Source of the DNA: a virus
Lineage: Duplodnaviria; Caudoviricetes
Length of the DNA: 64,000 nucleotides
Virus record (IMG/VR): IMGVR_UViG_3300020048_000106
Coordinates: 1-64,000 of that record
Strand: one strand, 5' to 3'
In this document: one piece after another, positions 63,319-64,000 of the stretch
How the letters are laid out: each line of letters opens with the position of its first letter
How positions within the stretch are numbered: position 1 is the first letter of the stretch
The notes under the pieces: generated by a model
Seen by the model: only the letters and a program-made list of their open reading frames with translations
Told to the model about the DNA's origin: nothing
Database searches by the model: none
Program-made: the position numbers and the translations under genes

Positions 63319-64000
63319 TCAATATGCGAACTTGACGACATTGACGATGCCAGCGCCGTTCTCGACCGCCCAAGTTGGGTTCGGACAGGCAAATGAAATG
63401 CCCGTGTCGTCGACGCGATAAACCTGCACCCACGGCGATGAACTCAGCCCAACCGCGAGGTACTTCCCGTCGGGGCTCCAATCGACAGACCGGACAGTCC
63501 CCGGCGGAGTCACCCCGCGGAGTTCTGAAATGATCGCCCCGTCCCACCGGTAAACGAAGACCGCCGTATTCCCAGCAACCGCAAGCATCGTTTCTTGCAG
63601 GTTGAGTTTAACTGCAAGAACTGTCGAGTCGAACGTAAAAGTCTGCTCCTGCAAGAACAGCCCGTCCGTGGCCATTCGGTCTGTTTCGTAGACACCGATC
63701 CTTTTGAGTGAGCTGTATCCGACGATCAGTCGCGATCCATCCGCGTTGAATGCGGCGGCGCTGACCGTGTAGAGACCAGGCTCTCCAAGTGGCGAGTCTG
63801 ACCCCTGGTAGGTCCACACAATCGGCCCTGCTAAGCCCATGTCTCTCGAGTATGGCTGCAGGGTGACGCGGGGGGTTGTCGACTTTCCGTATGCTACCCG
63901 CTTGGTTGCCGGGCTGATCGCAACCGCAACCGTCGCGCCGCCGGAATTGGAGTTGGTGATCAGGCTGCCGAATCCGTTCTGCGAGTATTGGAACATGCTG
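63319..64000 (-). CDS. beta-propeller (WD40-like) virion protein, probably 5'-truncated
   Basis: AVAISP, AAFNADGSRLIVG, SVDWSPDGKYLAVG repeats; frame open to the window edge. Confidence 0.7.
   Translation of the reverse strand, partial: SMFQYSQNGFGSLITNSNSGGATVAVAISPATKRVAYGKSTTPRVTLQPYSRDMGLAGPIVWTYQGSDSPLGEPGLYTVSAAAFNADGSRLIVGYSSLKRIGVYETDRMATDGLFLQEQTFTFDSTVLAVKLNLQETMLAVAGNTAVFVYRWDGAIISELRGVTPPGTVRSVDWSPDGKYLAVGLSSSPWVQVYRVDDTGISFACPNPTWAVENGAGIVNVVKFAY

Overview
The whole window reads as part of a temperate, podovirus-like dsDNA phage genome in its excised or virion form (GC roughly 60% by eye). A Planctomycetota host is an inference from gene content. Layout: 1-11.7 kb (minus strand) holds virion genes, major capsid, scaffold, portal and terminase. 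12.2-21.9 kb (plus) holds accessory and nucleic-acid genes, a tRNA-Thr(UGU) and two tandem tRNA-like RNAs. Near 22.1 kb there is a sharp strand-composition switch, a candidate physical genome end. 22.9-30.5 kb (plus) is a modular early region (DUF7007-like, JAB/RadC, GP88-like, clamp-loader-like ATPase). 30.6-35.5 kb has an HTH gene, a candidate attP, an integrase and a second tyrosine recombinase. 35.5-42.1 kb (minus) is a helicase and recombination module. 42.2-45.4 kb is a membrane/protease cassette where lysis genes would be expected. 45.4-60.3 kb encodes a 4954-aa polyvalent protein (ART, N6-MTase, Strawberry-notch helicase) with an overprinted 123-aa gene inside it. 60.3-64 kb holds probable ejection and tail genes. 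The most unusual signals are the tRNA-like RNA pair, a perfect palindrome repeated three times (43 bp identical inside two unrelated genes), the overprinted gene, and a TTGACAC-N-GTG operator/promoter family. All family calls come from motif recognition by eye; no searches were run.
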